From Octopus sinensis (taxonomy: Eukaryota), in assembly GCF_006345805.1 (NCBI RefSeq), contig NC_042997.1:71734001-71798000 (forward strand): a stretch of 64,000 bases of DNA, read 5' to 3'. A program made the translations under genes and the position numbers. The notes below the pieces were generated by a model. It was given only the letters and a program-made list of their open reading frames with translations, did not search any database and was not told the DNA's origin. Positions 28,829-42,371 of the stretch are shown here, piece after piece (position 1 is the first letter of the stretch; each line of letters starts with the position of its first letter).

Positions 28829-29224
28829 CTAGCAGTATCGCCCGGCGTTGCTCGGGTTTGTAAGGGAAATAACTATATAAGCATTTTTAGAGAGTTATAG
28901 CCAAAAAATAGCAAAAAAAATGCATTAAAAATTGAAAAAAAATTAAGGTAAATTTTTTTTAAATCGTTGACACATCGTAGATATTTTTAGAGAGTTACTT
29001 CCCTTATATAAAAACGAAAAAAATGCATTAAAATGGAAAAATATGATGGTAAATTTTTTTAAAATCCTAGACTCATCGTAGACGCACGCTAATACCCAGA
29101 AGGGCTCGATATGAATCACGACTATAAGATACCCGCTTTTGGTTAAACTGCACCGCAAAATGTGGGAGTAATTACGAATGTAAATCGAAGGGGACAGACA
29201 CACAACTTCACTCTTATATAAAGA
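28829..29224 (-). mobile_element. Non-autonomous Helitron-like element
   Basis: On the minus strand: A|TC start, subterminal hairpin cccgagcaacgccggg, CTAG|T end. Internal ~100-bp tandem duplication (atttttagagagtta...catcgtaga twice). Confidence 0.8.
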
Positions 29225-30202
29225 TGCTTTTTTTTTTTCAGTCATAGAGTTAGATTTATGAAGGTCTTCAGTAGAAAATCCTTCGAATTCTGACTCGCTG
29301 CTTGATATAATGAAATTCGTATCCATTTTTTGTCAGAATTACACATTTTGAAAACACAATAGGAACAAATTTCGGAAAAAAATCTCCCATAATTCACGGA
29401 ATTAAAATTACACTTCGATTTTTGTACAAAACTGTATTTGAAGTGTTTACGAAGTATAATACGTGTTTTCACGAATGTACTAAAGAGATTTACTCTGATA
29501 TTCTCATTTAAATATGAATAGGTAAATTCGGGCGGTTTGGTAACGAAAGGGTTTATATAAGTGTCGTCTGTTTATACATAACACTGTTTCATAGTTTCAG
29601 TTTAGTCTTCCTCAAATCACTGTCGCTAATTTACTCTCTTCCAAGAACATTTTCACTCACTGTTATCTGTTAGCTTCCCATACATTTTACTCGTATCTAT
29701 CAGCGTGATAGACAGAAACAAATATTACATTTACTTTCATTTTATTCGTCGCACACTGTGTGTGTGCGTTTGCGTGTGGTGTAAACCAGACTAAGAAAAG
29801 CATTTGACACACACACCAGAATGTGAGTTTTCTGTAAATTTTGCTTAATTGGAGTTTAAATTTTAAAAACTGGACCTGGCATGACGCGATGCATTGTACT
29901 CTTAAAACTGCTAGGTAAATTGTAATTGAAGAAATCCTATATTGTAGATTTGTATAACTCCCAAAGGGAGGCAGATAAAATCTGCCTTTTATAATAAGAG
30001 ATAACAAAAAGTACTCGATACATTATGAAGTCTATATAGTTTATTATTCGACAAAGCTTCTCCAATAGAAATAAAGATTCGGGTTTCCGATTGTTCAAAC
30101 ATCTCGGTTTAAAAAAACGGGGACAAAAGCTCAGAGTTATGAATCAAGAATTTTCTGTTCATAATAATAACAACAACAATAATAATAATAATAATAATAA
30201 TA

Positions 30203-30242
<40 letters not shown>

Positions 30243-30246
<4 letters not shown>

Positions 30247-30799
30247 GCCCTGATGCAGTACCAGGCAGTGGCTCTCATGGCTTCTGATCTTAACTGATTG
30301 GAAGTGTTATCATGTACATTGTTTTGTCTTGGTATAAAAGATGGGCTACAGCAAATATTCTGCTCAATACCACAGATTTGCTTGTCAGTTGTTTGACCTT
30401 AACCAGTTGAGCATGTCCCTTAGTGGCTGACGATATGTGCATCTCTGATCACAAGCAGAAGTAGTGGGGAGCATCATAGCCATGTGTTGAGAGGGATTCT
30501 TTGGGGTTTGAATAGTTCACCTCTGGAAACATGGGTGGTTCTTTCAACATCCTTAAACAACCCTTATTCAGGGACCGTTTGAGCGGGATGGGCTACTCAA
30601 CCTGAAGAAAATTCTAACTGGGCCCCACCTGCAAGGTCATGTGCTGTTTATCTTGATATGAGATCACCATGTCGCGCACACATGGTTGTGATGCATGTGC
30701 CTAGTGTACCCTTATCAGACGGGTAGTCATGATGGGTAAACTGGGCTTCGTATATTTTACCCCAGTGTCACTTTGATGGCATGAACTGCTCTCTCACTC

Positions 30800-30800
<1 letters not shown>
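30243..30800. mobile_element. ~558-bp non-coding interspersed element embedded in (AAT)n
   Basis: (AAT)n on both sides; about 11 differences by eye from copy 40359-40905. Confidence 0.9.
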
Positions 30801-30860
<60 letters not shown>

Positions 30861-30864
<4 letters not shown>

Positions 30865-32730
30865 TTCACTATCACTACTCCTCTTTTGTTTATCCTTAAT
30901 ACCTCTCTCAAAATTGCTCAGTGACGCGCAGTACGGATATAAAATGTTTGATAAAAATATAAATCATCTCATTTACATGGATGATTTAAAGCTCTTTGCA
31001 AAAAATGACCAACAACTCAAGGACTTACTAGAGATTGTTAAACAATTCAGCGATGACATCAGAATGCAATTTGGCCTCGATAAATGTGCAAAAGCTACCT
31101 TTATCAAAGGAAAAATGACAGAAACATCTAACGTTAACCTTGACCAGCAGAATGTCATAAAAGAATTAGACCCAGCGGAGAGCTACAAGTACCTAGGAGT
31201 AATTGAAGGGGACGGAATAAGGCATTCAGTGATGAAGGATAGGATCAGGAGAGAATGTTATCGCAGAGTAAGAGCAATACTCAAGACAGAGCTGAATGCG
31301 AGAAACAGGATCGAAGCGATAAATGCTTTAGCCATACAAGTCGTGACTTACAGTTTCAATATCCTTAACTGGTCAATTACTGAAATACATAATCTTGACA
31401 GAAAAATACGAAAACTGTTGACAATGCATAGAATGCACCACCCTAAGGCAGATACAGAACGACTTTATCTGCCAAGAAAAGAGGGAGGCCGTGGACTTTT
31501 ACAACTGGCAATATCAATGAAGATTGCTACAATTGGCCTAGACACCTACCTGAAAAACTCTGAGGACTGGATGTTAAAACTTGTCTCAAAACATGAAAAC
31601 AAGAAAGCATCATACTCAGTAACAAAACAGGCAAAGGAATATCTAAGTGAATTCCGAATACAACAAATTTCGGAATTAGACATACAAGAAACAAGCACAG
31701 AAAGAGCTAAGCGCATGAAAACCCGTGCTAAAACTGCTGCCTTAGATATTCTGAATGATAAATGGCATGAAAAACCTCTCTATGGCAAATACCCAAAGAG
31801 AGCGAATAATGCACATGTTGACAAAGCCCTGACCCATCAATGGCTAATGGCCTCTGGCTTAAAATCTGAAACAAAAGGGTTTATCATAGCAGCTCAAGAT
31901 CAATGCCTACCTACAAGGAACTACCTGGCCAACATATTAAAGAACGGCAGTAGCTCAACATGTCGTGTATGTCAACAACAAAATGAAACCATTGATCATG
32001 TTGTCTCCAAGTGCAGCCTTCTTGCGCCTGCAGAGTATCTCAACAGGCATGATAGAGCTGCACAGTATATTCACTGGGTAATTTGCAAAAACCTGGATTT
32101 GCCCCATGAAAAAAAATGGTGGGAACACAAACCACCTCCAGTGCTTGAAAATGACCACATCTCACTCCTCTGGAACTTCACTATTCAAACTGACAGAAAG
32201 ATAGATGCAAATAGGTCAGACATCATATTGAAAGACTTCAGACAAAGAACATGCCTCCTCATTGATATGACTGTCCCAATCGATATAAACGTATCTGTCA
32301 AGACCTACCAAAACTGAGCAAGTATAAAGAGCTGGAAATAGAAATCAGCAAAATGTGGAACCTGAAAACTAAAACAATACCTGTTGCCATAGGTGCCCTG
32401 GGAATGATAGCGAAAGGGGCTGATTGCTACCTAACTCAGATACCAGGAAACCCGCAAAATGGCAGAAATTCAAAAGATAGTGCTCATGGGAACTGCTCAT
32501 ATCTTACGCAAAATACTTTCTATGTAATCGCAGGGTTTAAAACAAACATAGTTTTCGTTTTCCGTTTTTTTTTTTTTTTAACATTCACTAGTACAACACC
32601 AAAAAAATCCCCAAATATATGGCACACTAGGCATAACAACAACATGAACTTCCAACCTGTTGTCTCTTGAGGTCTCTGGGTGAGACTTGGAGCCAACTTG
32701 TACAAATATAAAAGAAAAGTCAAACATAGA
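30861..32730 (+). mobile_element. Young 5'-truncated R4/Dong-clade LINE with a 467-codon open stretch
   Basis: ORF 30914..32317: YMDDLKL (RT), YKYLG, HHPKADTERLYLPRKEGGRGL, CRVC..ETIDHVVSKC, RHDRAAQYIH, TDRKIDANRSDIIL. One frameshift near 32311 before ...MWNLKTKTIPVAIGALG. 3'UTR ends in (AAT)n. Confidence 0.95.
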
Positions 32731-32939
32731 ATAATAATAATAATAACAAATGATGATGATGATGATGATGATGATGGTGGTGGTGCTGGTGGTGATGATG
32801 ATGATGATGATGATGATATTGATGATGATGATGATGATGATGATGATGACAAGCACAATTCTGTGAGAGAGGTACCCAATTGGTACTTATTTCACCGACC
32901 CCGAAAAGATTAAAAGCAAAGTCGACCTCAGTGGAAATA

Positions 32940-33595
32940 ACAATTCCAGAAACGAATCGTTGACGGTGTTGAACCGAACGATCACAACAGACTGCAAAAG
33001 AGGAAATCAAACTTTAGCAATAGCTTGGATAGACTGCAAGGTGGTATTTGATAAGAATCCTTATTCATAGATACTAGAGACATTCTACATAAACAAAGCT
33101 GATGAATGAATACGAAATTGGAAATCAAAAATATTTCTATCAAGCTAAGAGAAGACTACGTAGGACCAGCTTTATGCACTTGAAGTGAGTTATATTCCAA
33201 AAGGACTCAGTATCCTTCCGCTATTTTGTTTAGCACTCAGCCCATTGATAAATCTGTTGAATAAAACCACTATTGGGTGCAGATGCTACGAAGAAACTGT
33301 AACCAATATCGGTGAAGAATAATATCGAACTGGAGACCATGTAAAATAGCGTGCATAAATTTATGAGAATGGACAAAGTACTAGACAAGTGGGAAAAGGC
33401 AAATTGAGAACGCTCAGAACAGCCTATACAAACATTTAGGAATAGACGAAACTGATAAAATACAAAACGTTGAAACGAAGAAGAAAATTAGGAAAGAAGG
33501 CTGTATGGTTAATAGTCAAAGCTGAACTCAAATACTAAAAATAAGTTAATATGCATAAAACACTACCCATTCCAGCTATGCATTGCAGATTAAAC
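32940..33595 (+). mobile_element. Old R4/Dong-like RT remnant
   Basis: Degenerate LSIAWID..VFD.NPYS*ILE, LFCLALSPL, YKHLGIDE segments. Confidence 0.55.
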
Positions 33596-33880
33596 ATAAA
33601 TTAAAACTGGAGCGAATTGAAACGCTTGCAAAGAAAAAAATAAGAACAGGTAACTATTGACAGCCTTTGGAACCACCATCCCAAAGCCGACACAGACGCA
33701 CACAAGGGGTGAAGGACGTGATAAATATAGGAAACTACTACAAAATAACAAAAGTAGGACTAGAAAAATAAGGAAGCAAAGAAGTGCTGATAAATTTAAC
33801 AAGGAACCATGAAAAGAACCTCTCTCTAACACTGTCAATCTCTCTCTGTCTTTGTGTGTGTGTGTGTGTTTGGCCGTTTG

Positions 33881-33919
<39 letters not shown>

Positions 33920-33940
33920 TGTGTGTGTGTGTGTGTGTAG

Positions 33941-34270
33941 GCGCAGTATGGCTTAACGGATAAGAAGTTTGCCTCGCTGTCAAGAGGTCATCAGTTCGAT
34001 CCTGCTGTATGGCATCTTGGGCAAATAACCATTATAACCTTGAATTAACCCATATCATGCGCGTGTGAATGAATTGATAGAAACTTCAATGTTAGCCCTG
34101 TCGAGTTGTTGTACCCGTAATTCAAAAGATACAGACTTATCCCACGCACTGTAATACTGATTGTCCCTTGGTGTACACACTTCTGTGGAAACTCGTTCTC
34201 CTACACTTTAATTCAGTAGCAGGTAATTCAGATGATCGAACAACTGGATCTTCATCGTCGAACGACAGAG
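33941..34270 (+). mobile_element. Degenerate SINE
   Basis: ggcgcagtatggcttaacggataagaagtttgc...gttcgatcctgctgtatggcatcttgggcaa head; tail caactggatcttcatcgtcg resembles the end of 54551-54870. Confidence 0.6.
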
Positions 34271-34706
34271 ATCTATCATGTGTGAGTGCGCGCGTGTGAG
34301 TGAGTAGGTATATGTGTGTGTGTGCATATATATATACAACCGACCAATGGGACATTTGAGTAAACTTATCAATAACGAACCTATAATGATTACTGGAAAC
34401 AGCTGTAAGTTAAATTTACAGCAATAAAGAATAATATGTAATGACTGTTATTTATACCTTGTCTTGTGTACCACTCTGTGTAAAAAGTAGTATTATTGGA
34501 ACACAGCCATGGATTTACAATTTAACCACACGCAGAGTTCTTTACCCACCTAAGCAATATTGTTAGCCTGATGTACTAACAGAGAGCTTATAAAGAATTT
34601 TTCCCGAAATGATAATCTCTCGCTGATAACTATGTATATGCCTGTGTGTATGCCTATGTATATGTATATCCATCTATTTATCTATTTTTCTATCTTCTCC
34701 CTATCT

Positions 34707-34774
<68 letters not shown>

Positions 34775-35090
34775 TCATATACACACACACGCACATACAT
34801 ACAAACATGCTTGCATATACGCCTAAATATACGTAAGCTAAAATAAAATAACACAATGTGATCAACGAGAAAGAGAAGATAAGTATAAGAATAAAAATAT
34901 AAGTAAACAAGTAGATAAAAAAAGAATAACACTAGTGAGAAAATATGTTCTTCATGAATCATGTCAATAACTTGTTATTGAGGGATTATTTGGACCAAAT
35001 CTAAATGCTCGAGCAATTCTACATTCTACAGACTTCCTACAAACGAAACACAAAATGTGTTTTACATTTCTTTGCCTTTTTTTTACATTT

Positions 35091-35481
35091 GCGCAGGAGT
35101 GGCTGTGTAGTAAGTAGCTTGCTTACCAACCACATGGTTCTAGGTTCATTCCCACTGCATGGCACCTTGGGCAAGTGATTTCTACTATAGCCTCGGGCCG
35201 ACCAATACTTTGTGAGTGGATTTGGTAGACAGAAACTGTCGTGTAAATGTATATATGTTTGTGTGTATATGTTTGGGAATCTGTGTTTGTCCCCACAACA
35301 TCGCTTGACAACCGATGGTGATGTGTTTACGTCCCCGTATCTTAGCGGTTCGGTAAAACAGACCGATAGAATAAGTACTAGGCTTGCAAAGAATAAGTCC
35401 TTGGGTCGATTTTCTCGACTAAAAGCGGTGCTCCAGCATGTCCGCAGTCAAATGACTGAAACAAAAGAGAGTAAAAGAAAG
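35091..35481 (+). mobile_element. SINE family A, full length (octopus-type tRNA-derived SINE)
   Basis: gcgcaggagtggctgtgtagtaagtagcttgcttaccaaccacatggttctaggttc head, ggcaccttgggcaagtg core, tail gtcaaatgactgaaacaaaagagagtaaaaga. Confidence 0.85.
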
Positions 35482-35519
35482 TATGTATATATATATATAT
35501 ATAGATAGTATATATATAT

Positions 35520-35570
<51 letters not shown>

Positions 35571-35660
35571 TAGATGTAGATATAGATAAATATACATAAA
35601 TATATATATATAATATATATATACATATATATATATATATAAGTATATATATATATATAA

Positions 35661-35725
<65 letters not shown>

Positions 35726-36247
35726 TATGTATGCTTTAGAACGTAACCGATACCATAGAATTGCTTCTTCATTTTCCACTTTTTTCATTTTATGTTTGTA
35801 TAAACGCACACGCACACACACAAATATATTGCATTCATGTGTGCTTGTTAGAATGCATATGCTGTATGTATATGTGTATATATGTGTGTGTGCGTTCTTG
35901 CTTGTAAATAACGAACTAGCAATATCTAAATTTGAACGCTAGCTATGATACAATTATATGCTAAATATATAGCATTTAACCCGATACAGAAAGGGACATT
36001 TTATTAGTTTTTATATCAGCTATAATTTGATTCACTATACTATGATTTACAGCAATCTGTTTACCATTTTTTATAGACACTTGTTACTTTAAGATAAAAT
36101 ACGGTCGAAACAGTCTTTAAGCCAGTGTATGTTGCGTTTATCTAAAACAATTGCCATATCATTACTTTTTATGTTTTTATATATGCTTTTATTCCTAACC
36201 GTTTTTCTTTCTTTTTTCTTTTTCTTTTTTTCAATATTGCTTAACTT

Positions 36248-36620
36248 AAGGCGGCGAACTGGCAGAACCGTTAGTAGGCCGGACATTTCGTCCGTCGCTA
36301 AGTTCTGAGTTCAAATTCCGCCCAGGTCGACTTTGCTTTTCATACTTTCGTAGTCGATGTAATCGATTACCCCACCCCAATCCCAGTGCGAGGCTTCGTT
36401 GTTAAAGTAGAAAGAATTATTATTTAACTTACAAGGCGGTGAGCCAGCAGAACTTTAAGCAGGCTGGGCAAAATGCTTAGCTACATTTCATCCGTCTTTT
36501 CATTTTGAGCTCAAATTCCGACGCGATCGACTTTGACTTCATCTTTTTGGGGTCGATTATAATCGACTTCTTTTCCCCACTCAAAAACTATTGCCGCTGT
36601 ACCAAAATTTGAAACTATTA
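36248..36620 (+). mobile_element. Two head-to-tail SINE family B copies
   Basis: aaggcggcgaactggcagaaccgttag (36248) and aaggcggtgagccagcagaac (36433), each with gagttc/gagctcaaattccg..gtcgactttg. Confidence 0.8.
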
Positions 36621-36965
36621 TTACTGAATATATTTGAAACTATTATTACTGAATATATTTTGTTTTATATTTATTCTCTAATATATTCTTGTGATTTTCT
36701 CATGCGATTGCTTTTTTCTTAAAAAAAGGTGTGTTCATTTTTGTCTTGTGAGATTCAGTATCATTTAAAACACAAAAAATTAGAAAAACTTCTAATCACT
36801 ATATTATGGAAGTTTCCGCAGCTGCCAGTAAATCAGGAGCGTCAAGCTGTGACTCTTTTTAAGTACTAACTTTCAACAAATAATCTATAGACTTTACTTT
36901 TGATAACGATCATGTTTTGATCTTGTTTGTAAATGCAGTACACACACACACACAAATACATACAC

Positions 36966-37165
36966 ATGTATGTATGTGTGTTTGTGTTTGTCCCCACCAC
37001 CGTTTGAAAATCGGTGTTGGTTTGTTTACATTTCTGTAACATAGCGGCTCGGCACATAGAGAACGATAGAATAAGCAGCAAGTTTTAAAAACACAAATAA
37101 CTAATAAATCCTTTCTTAGCATGGTCGCTGATCAATGACTGAAACAAGTAAAAGACTAAAAGATA
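36966..37165 (+). mobile_element. SINE family A, 3' half
   Basis: tgtttgtccccaccaccg...gtaacatagcggctcggc...gatagaataag...atgactgaaacaagtaaaaga. Confidence 0.65.
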
Positions 37166-38334
37166 GTAGTTTGTAAACAAGCTTATTAATTTCACACACA
37201 CACACATACACAAATACACGCACGCGCTCTCACAAACTTATAATTAGTGGGGTATCTACTGATCATGCCTTACTCTCATCAGTTTGTACCTCCCTTCTGT
37301 AACTTATCGGAACAGAAATGATAAGGGGGTTGGAGAAACTAATTTATTAATATCATCAAGGAAATTCAAATTTATTAATATCATCAAGGAAACAGGAATG
37401 ATATACTGTGGGGGGTTCTAATTTATTAATACAATCAAAGAAATGCAAATGTCCAAACGGAGATTGAAATAAGGTCATCTTAATTTAACCCCGAGTTTAA
37501 CAGCTGTTTTACGATTCTTACAGTAATTCTAATGATGCAATGTTTCAAACATAACACGAAGCATCAGATGTGAGGAAGGAATATAATCGATTATAGTGAT
37601 AGTGGCCCTAGTATTTCATCTTACCCCCTCCCCTCCACCCAATGAATAAAAAGCAAAGTGGGCCTCAGAAGTATTAGAATTTTGAAAACAAAATACTACA
37701 AAGTATTATTATTTCCGTCATTCCAACAACTCTGCTACCCACCGTCCCCATTTTAATAAAAATAACAAAAACAAACTAACACACCCATTGATGTCATTTT
37801 GCTAAACAAGCATTTCAGAACGGAAAGTGAAGACACTTTAACTTCAGCGTTGACATTTATTTATTTTCATTCTTTTCTTCACGCTTTCTTAATATAAGAG
37901 GCCGTCACTATTATTCGATGTGACGAAACCTTTTTACAATCTTCTGATCTCCACAAAGCAGGCATTAAATTTCGACCTTGCTTCTATCATTATTTATTCT
38001 ATAAGCAAACGCCAAACTATCTTGTGTCAAAAGTGTACTCAGCATCATTTAAAAACTGAAACGTTAACAGAGAATCCTCAGGAATTCCAAAAACTCTCGT
38101 TCATTCTTATCATTTGCTGTGTTTTTAATCTTCTATATTTTCTTTTATTCTTTCTTTATTTACTTCTTCCAATTATTTTTCTTCTATTTTTGTTGTTCCC
38201 ACCTCTTCTGCTCTAACGATTTTGGTAGGTATCTGTATATACATATAATATAAGTTTGTAGTTTTGTAAGTATTTATAAGTGTATTTATAAGTGTGAAAG
38301 TAAGATAGAAACTGAGAGAGAAATGGAAAGAAAC

Positions 38335-38369
<35 letters not shown>

Positions 38370-38559
38370 GAGTTGGAATAAGACACATGAAAATGGGAAA
38401 GAAAAGAGGTATTGTATTCATCACGTTTTCGGTCTGATTCTTATGAGGAAGGAAGAAAATAAACAAAAATTAAATTCTCATTTACTAAAATAAAAAGAGC
38501 ACTCTGTTGAAAGGTATTGCCCCATCATCATCATTATCATCATCATCGTCATCGTCGTC

Positions 38560-40110
38560 GACCCGGAGACTATAGGTAGTTTCCATTAATTCTTGCTCTT
38601 GTAATGCTATGAGAAGGACGTTATCGGTATGAGATGAACTTCGAAGTGCTGCCAAGGGGGCTTGTTTTGGCTGAACGACGAAACTATTGTATACTTAATC
38701 GATCAGTTTCTGAGCAATTTCAGACTTGTAAAGTTATGTCGAACAAAAGTTTAAGTATTGGTCAGATTATTTTAATCTAATCACTCCCGATGTACCAATT
38801 ATTACGGGATTTTGTTTTTGTTTTGCTTTTTTTAAGATCGATATTTTGGTTATCTCCATTTCCTTATCTTTATATTTTAATATTTTTTACGTATTTGCAG
38901 ACATACGTTATCATTAGTTGATACTGAAACTTCAATTAGGAGACACTTTTTCTAGTGGCCTTTGACAGTACATGTGGTTCCTCGGTGATACAAAGATAAC
39001 TTCTGTTATCTTCGAAGAATCAGGGTTATAAATTTGAATTTGAAATTAAGGAATTACAAGGATTGAATTCAGATGTTTAATTGTTTTCATCACTATATTA
39101 CACCGATTAACCTTGATATCCTTGTCTGTATGGATTCGTATATCCTTAAATATAGTCCTTTTGACATTTTTTAAGAACTGTTTGGTTCGCATGTTCATAC
39201 GATCTTTTTCTGTAAGTACTTCACAAGACAAGCATGCTTTCCAGGGTATCAAAACCTCCAATTCTCGCATGCTTCTAGATGTATTCCCTCTCAGCTATGA
39301 CTAGACAACCGGTGGCAGCATCGCTGTTTCTTCACAACATCTGCATTTTCTACACTTGCATAATATATTCTGCTTCATTAAATGCTTTCAGTGATTTCTG
39401 AGGAATAGGTTTTCTTCAATCTCGATTTTGCGTTCTGACCTGTCAGCTAGTCTCGTGCTTTTACTTGATCTATTTCTACTCTCTTCAGTTTTTCAAGTTT
39501 TGGTCTTGCAGGCGTGTTTCTGATCACTTTGGCATAGAATTCCGTGCCCTCCAGTTTTAGCATATTCATTATTGTTTACAATTTCTGTTGTTGTTTCGTT
39601 TCTCCACACAACTGTGTCATTTCAACCTCTGTTTTGCATTTATTAACTCCCTTGAAGACAGGATGCAGTTTGATTTTTGTTTCGTAGCTTTTTCTATGAG
39701 TAACATTTTCAAATGTGATGAAACCCCCACCTCTCTGTATTCGTGGCAAATGCAGTTTTCTATGTCAGATTTTGGAAGGTGAACGATAAATGAACTTATT
39801 ATTATTATTCTTTTCTGTCTAGTTTTGCTCGTTTATTAAGCTCCATTTGAAAACATAACTACAAGTTAGTACTGGGACAATTACAGTATTGATACCTTTT
39901 ACCTTATTTGTAAATCTAGCTCTGTTCTATATATTAATCTAATGCTTCTATAATATTCCTGAAGGGCACTGTCTAGTTTATTGATTTCTAACTACATGAC
40001 AATTTGTGTGTCAAAATTTTCCGTCTCCTTATCTAGCACAATGAAGAGTTCATAATTTTCCTTTCGTCAAGGTTGCTTTTTCTAATTCGAATTTCAAATC
40101 AACTTCTCTT
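38560..40110 (-). mobile_element. Old R4/Dong-like LINE remnant, antiparallel to the other copies
   Basis: Minus-strand HLPKSDIE..(C)HEYREVGV (~39700-39780) resembles HHPKADTERLYLPRKEGG; degraded RLE-like text near 39050-39270; (GAT/AAT) tail at ~38522-38560. Confidence 0.5.
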
Positions 40111-40314
40111 TGTATTGTCTGAAGTAGTTTTTCTTGTTTTTTAAAACAACAGCAACAATAACAACAACATCATCAATTACAACAACAACAACAACAACAA
40201 TAATGATAATAATGATGATAATAATAGAGAGTTCTTAACATCTAAGGTTACTTGTAGCAGAATGTTAGGAATTTTTCTTTTCCAACAGTCTAATCTGTCG
40301 TGTGTATAATAATA

Positions 40315-40358
<44 letters not shown>

Positions 40359-40904
40359 GCAGTACCAGGCAGTGGCTCTCATGGCTTCTGATCTTAACTG
40401 ATTGGAAGTGTTATCATGTACATTGTTTTGTCTTGGTATAAAAGATGGGCTACAGCAAATATTCTGCTCAATACCACAGATTTGCTTGTCAGTTGTTTGA
40501 CCTTAACCAGTTGAGCATGTCCCTTAGTGGCTGACGATATGTGCATCTCTGATCACGAGCAGAAGTAGTGGGGGAGCATCATAGCCATGTGTTGAGAGGG
40601 ATTCTTTGGGGTTTGAATAGGTCACCTCTGGAAACATGGGTGGTTCTTTCAACATCCTTAAACAACCCTTAATCAGGGACCGTTTGAGCGGGGTGGGCTA
40701 CTCAACCTGAAGAAAATTCTAACTGGGCCCCACCTGCAAGGTCATGTGCTGTTTATCTTGATATGAGATCACCATGTCGCGCACATATGGTTGTGATGCA
40801 TGTGCCTGGTGTACCTTTATCAGACGGGTAGTCATGATGGGTATATTGGGCTTCGTATATTTTACCCCAGTGTCACTTTGATGGCATGAACTACTCTCTC
40901 ACTC

Positions 40905-40905
<1 letters not shown>
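40359..40905. mobile_element. ~547-bp non-coding element, third copy, in (AAT)n
   Basis: Nearly identical to 30255-30800 but lacks the first ~12 bp; flanked by (AAT)n, then (AAG)n on the right. Confidence 0.9.
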
Positions 40906-40973
<68 letters not shown>

Positions 40974-41089
40974 AAGAAGAAGAAGAAGAAGAAGAAGAAG
41001 AAGCAAAAGAAGAAGAAGAATTTTGGCACAAGGCCAGAAAGTTCAACGGTGAGGTTTAGTCGATTACGCTCGACCCCAGTGATCTGAAT

Positions 41090-41772
41090 TAAGCTTTGTA
41101 AGTGTTTGACTAAACTTGCTCATCAGGAAATTTGTAAGTTCGATTTAAAAAAAATCTTTTGAAGTATCCCCATTATAGGTACACGCACACACGCACACAC
41201 ACACACGAGTCACATATTTAAGCATGTATGTATGTATGTTTGTATGTACCCACACGTTTCTACGCGCATAGGTACACTATGGTCTATAGACACGCAGATG
41301 GGGGGCGATTTATATGAAAAAGAAAGTGAACAAAATGAAATACTGGTAGAAAATATTACATAGAATTTGAGAAGTGTTTTGAATGTGTTTCAATGATGGC
41401 AGGTGAAACAAAAGCACCGTAGTTCGTTGTAGGACATAAATAATATGACCACCTGCTAATCGGGAAATTTCTAAGTTCGATTTTTTGAAATTGATTATTT
41501 TTTAGGTATCACCATTATAGGTATTTATACTTCGGTGAAATTAAGAAATCAACTCGTAAATAAGCGAAACCCTCGAATCCATCAATGTATACACACACGA
41601 GTCGCATATCTATGTATGTATTTATGTATGTTTGAAGATAATCAAACCAAATTTTCATCCCAATGAATATTTCTGCCAAATTTGGTGAAAGTCCGTTCGG
41701 CCGTTTTCTAATAATTTTGCAAAGACACGGACAAAGACGAGTGATTACAATACCCTGCTTTCGCTTACGCGA
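41090..41772. mobile_element. Possible rolling-circle-type non-autonomous element with internal duplication
   Basis: ggaaattt(g/c)taagttcgattt and cacacacgagtc(a/g)catat each occur twice; end region aaatttggtgaaagtccg...attacaataccctgctttcgc resembles Helentron-associated short elements. Confidence 0.35.
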
Positions 41773-41941
41773 TGATGATGATGATGATGATGAGGAGGAG
41801 GAGGAGGAGGAGGAGGATGGTAAAAGTCCGATAAAATGTATCCCCCACAGTCATAGGGTCACCTGTAACAACTTCTAAAGATTTGAACAAATGGATTGAA
41901 GAAATAGTCATAAAACCGAATTTAGTGCAGCTGCAGAAAAC

Positions 41942-42000
<59 letters not shown>

Positions 42001-42175
42001 CCTGAGTCTCCAGATATGTTAATAAATACATAGATAGAGAGATATATTAATAGATATACGAATAAATAGGTAGCTGAACTGAAATGAAATAAAAAGAAGT
42101 GAAAATAATATCAATGATAAAAAACTTGGACTGACCCTGGGTGGTAGCTGGACTTCTAAAAGTGTGTATATATAT

Positions 42176-42320
42176 ATAAGTAGCTTCCTTACCAAACGCA
42201 TGCCTCTGCGTTCAATCCAACTGCATGGCACCTTGGGCAAGTGTTTTCTACTATAGCCTCAGGCCGACCAAAGCCTTATGAGCGGATTTGGCAGACAGAA
42301 ACTGAAAGAGGTCTGTGGTA
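42176..42320 (+). mobile_element. SINE family A, 5' half
   Basis: gtaagtagcttccttacc...ggcaccttgggcaagtgttttctactatagcctcaggccgaccaaagcctt. Confidence 0.75.
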
Positions 42321-42326
42321 TATATA

Positions 42327-42371
<45 letters not shown>

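Noticed and set aside
36604-36660. 25-bp tandem duplication, and the similar short duplications at 37340-37435
   Set aside because: Ordinary local slippage; only two or three units and no spacer structure, so not CRISPR-like.
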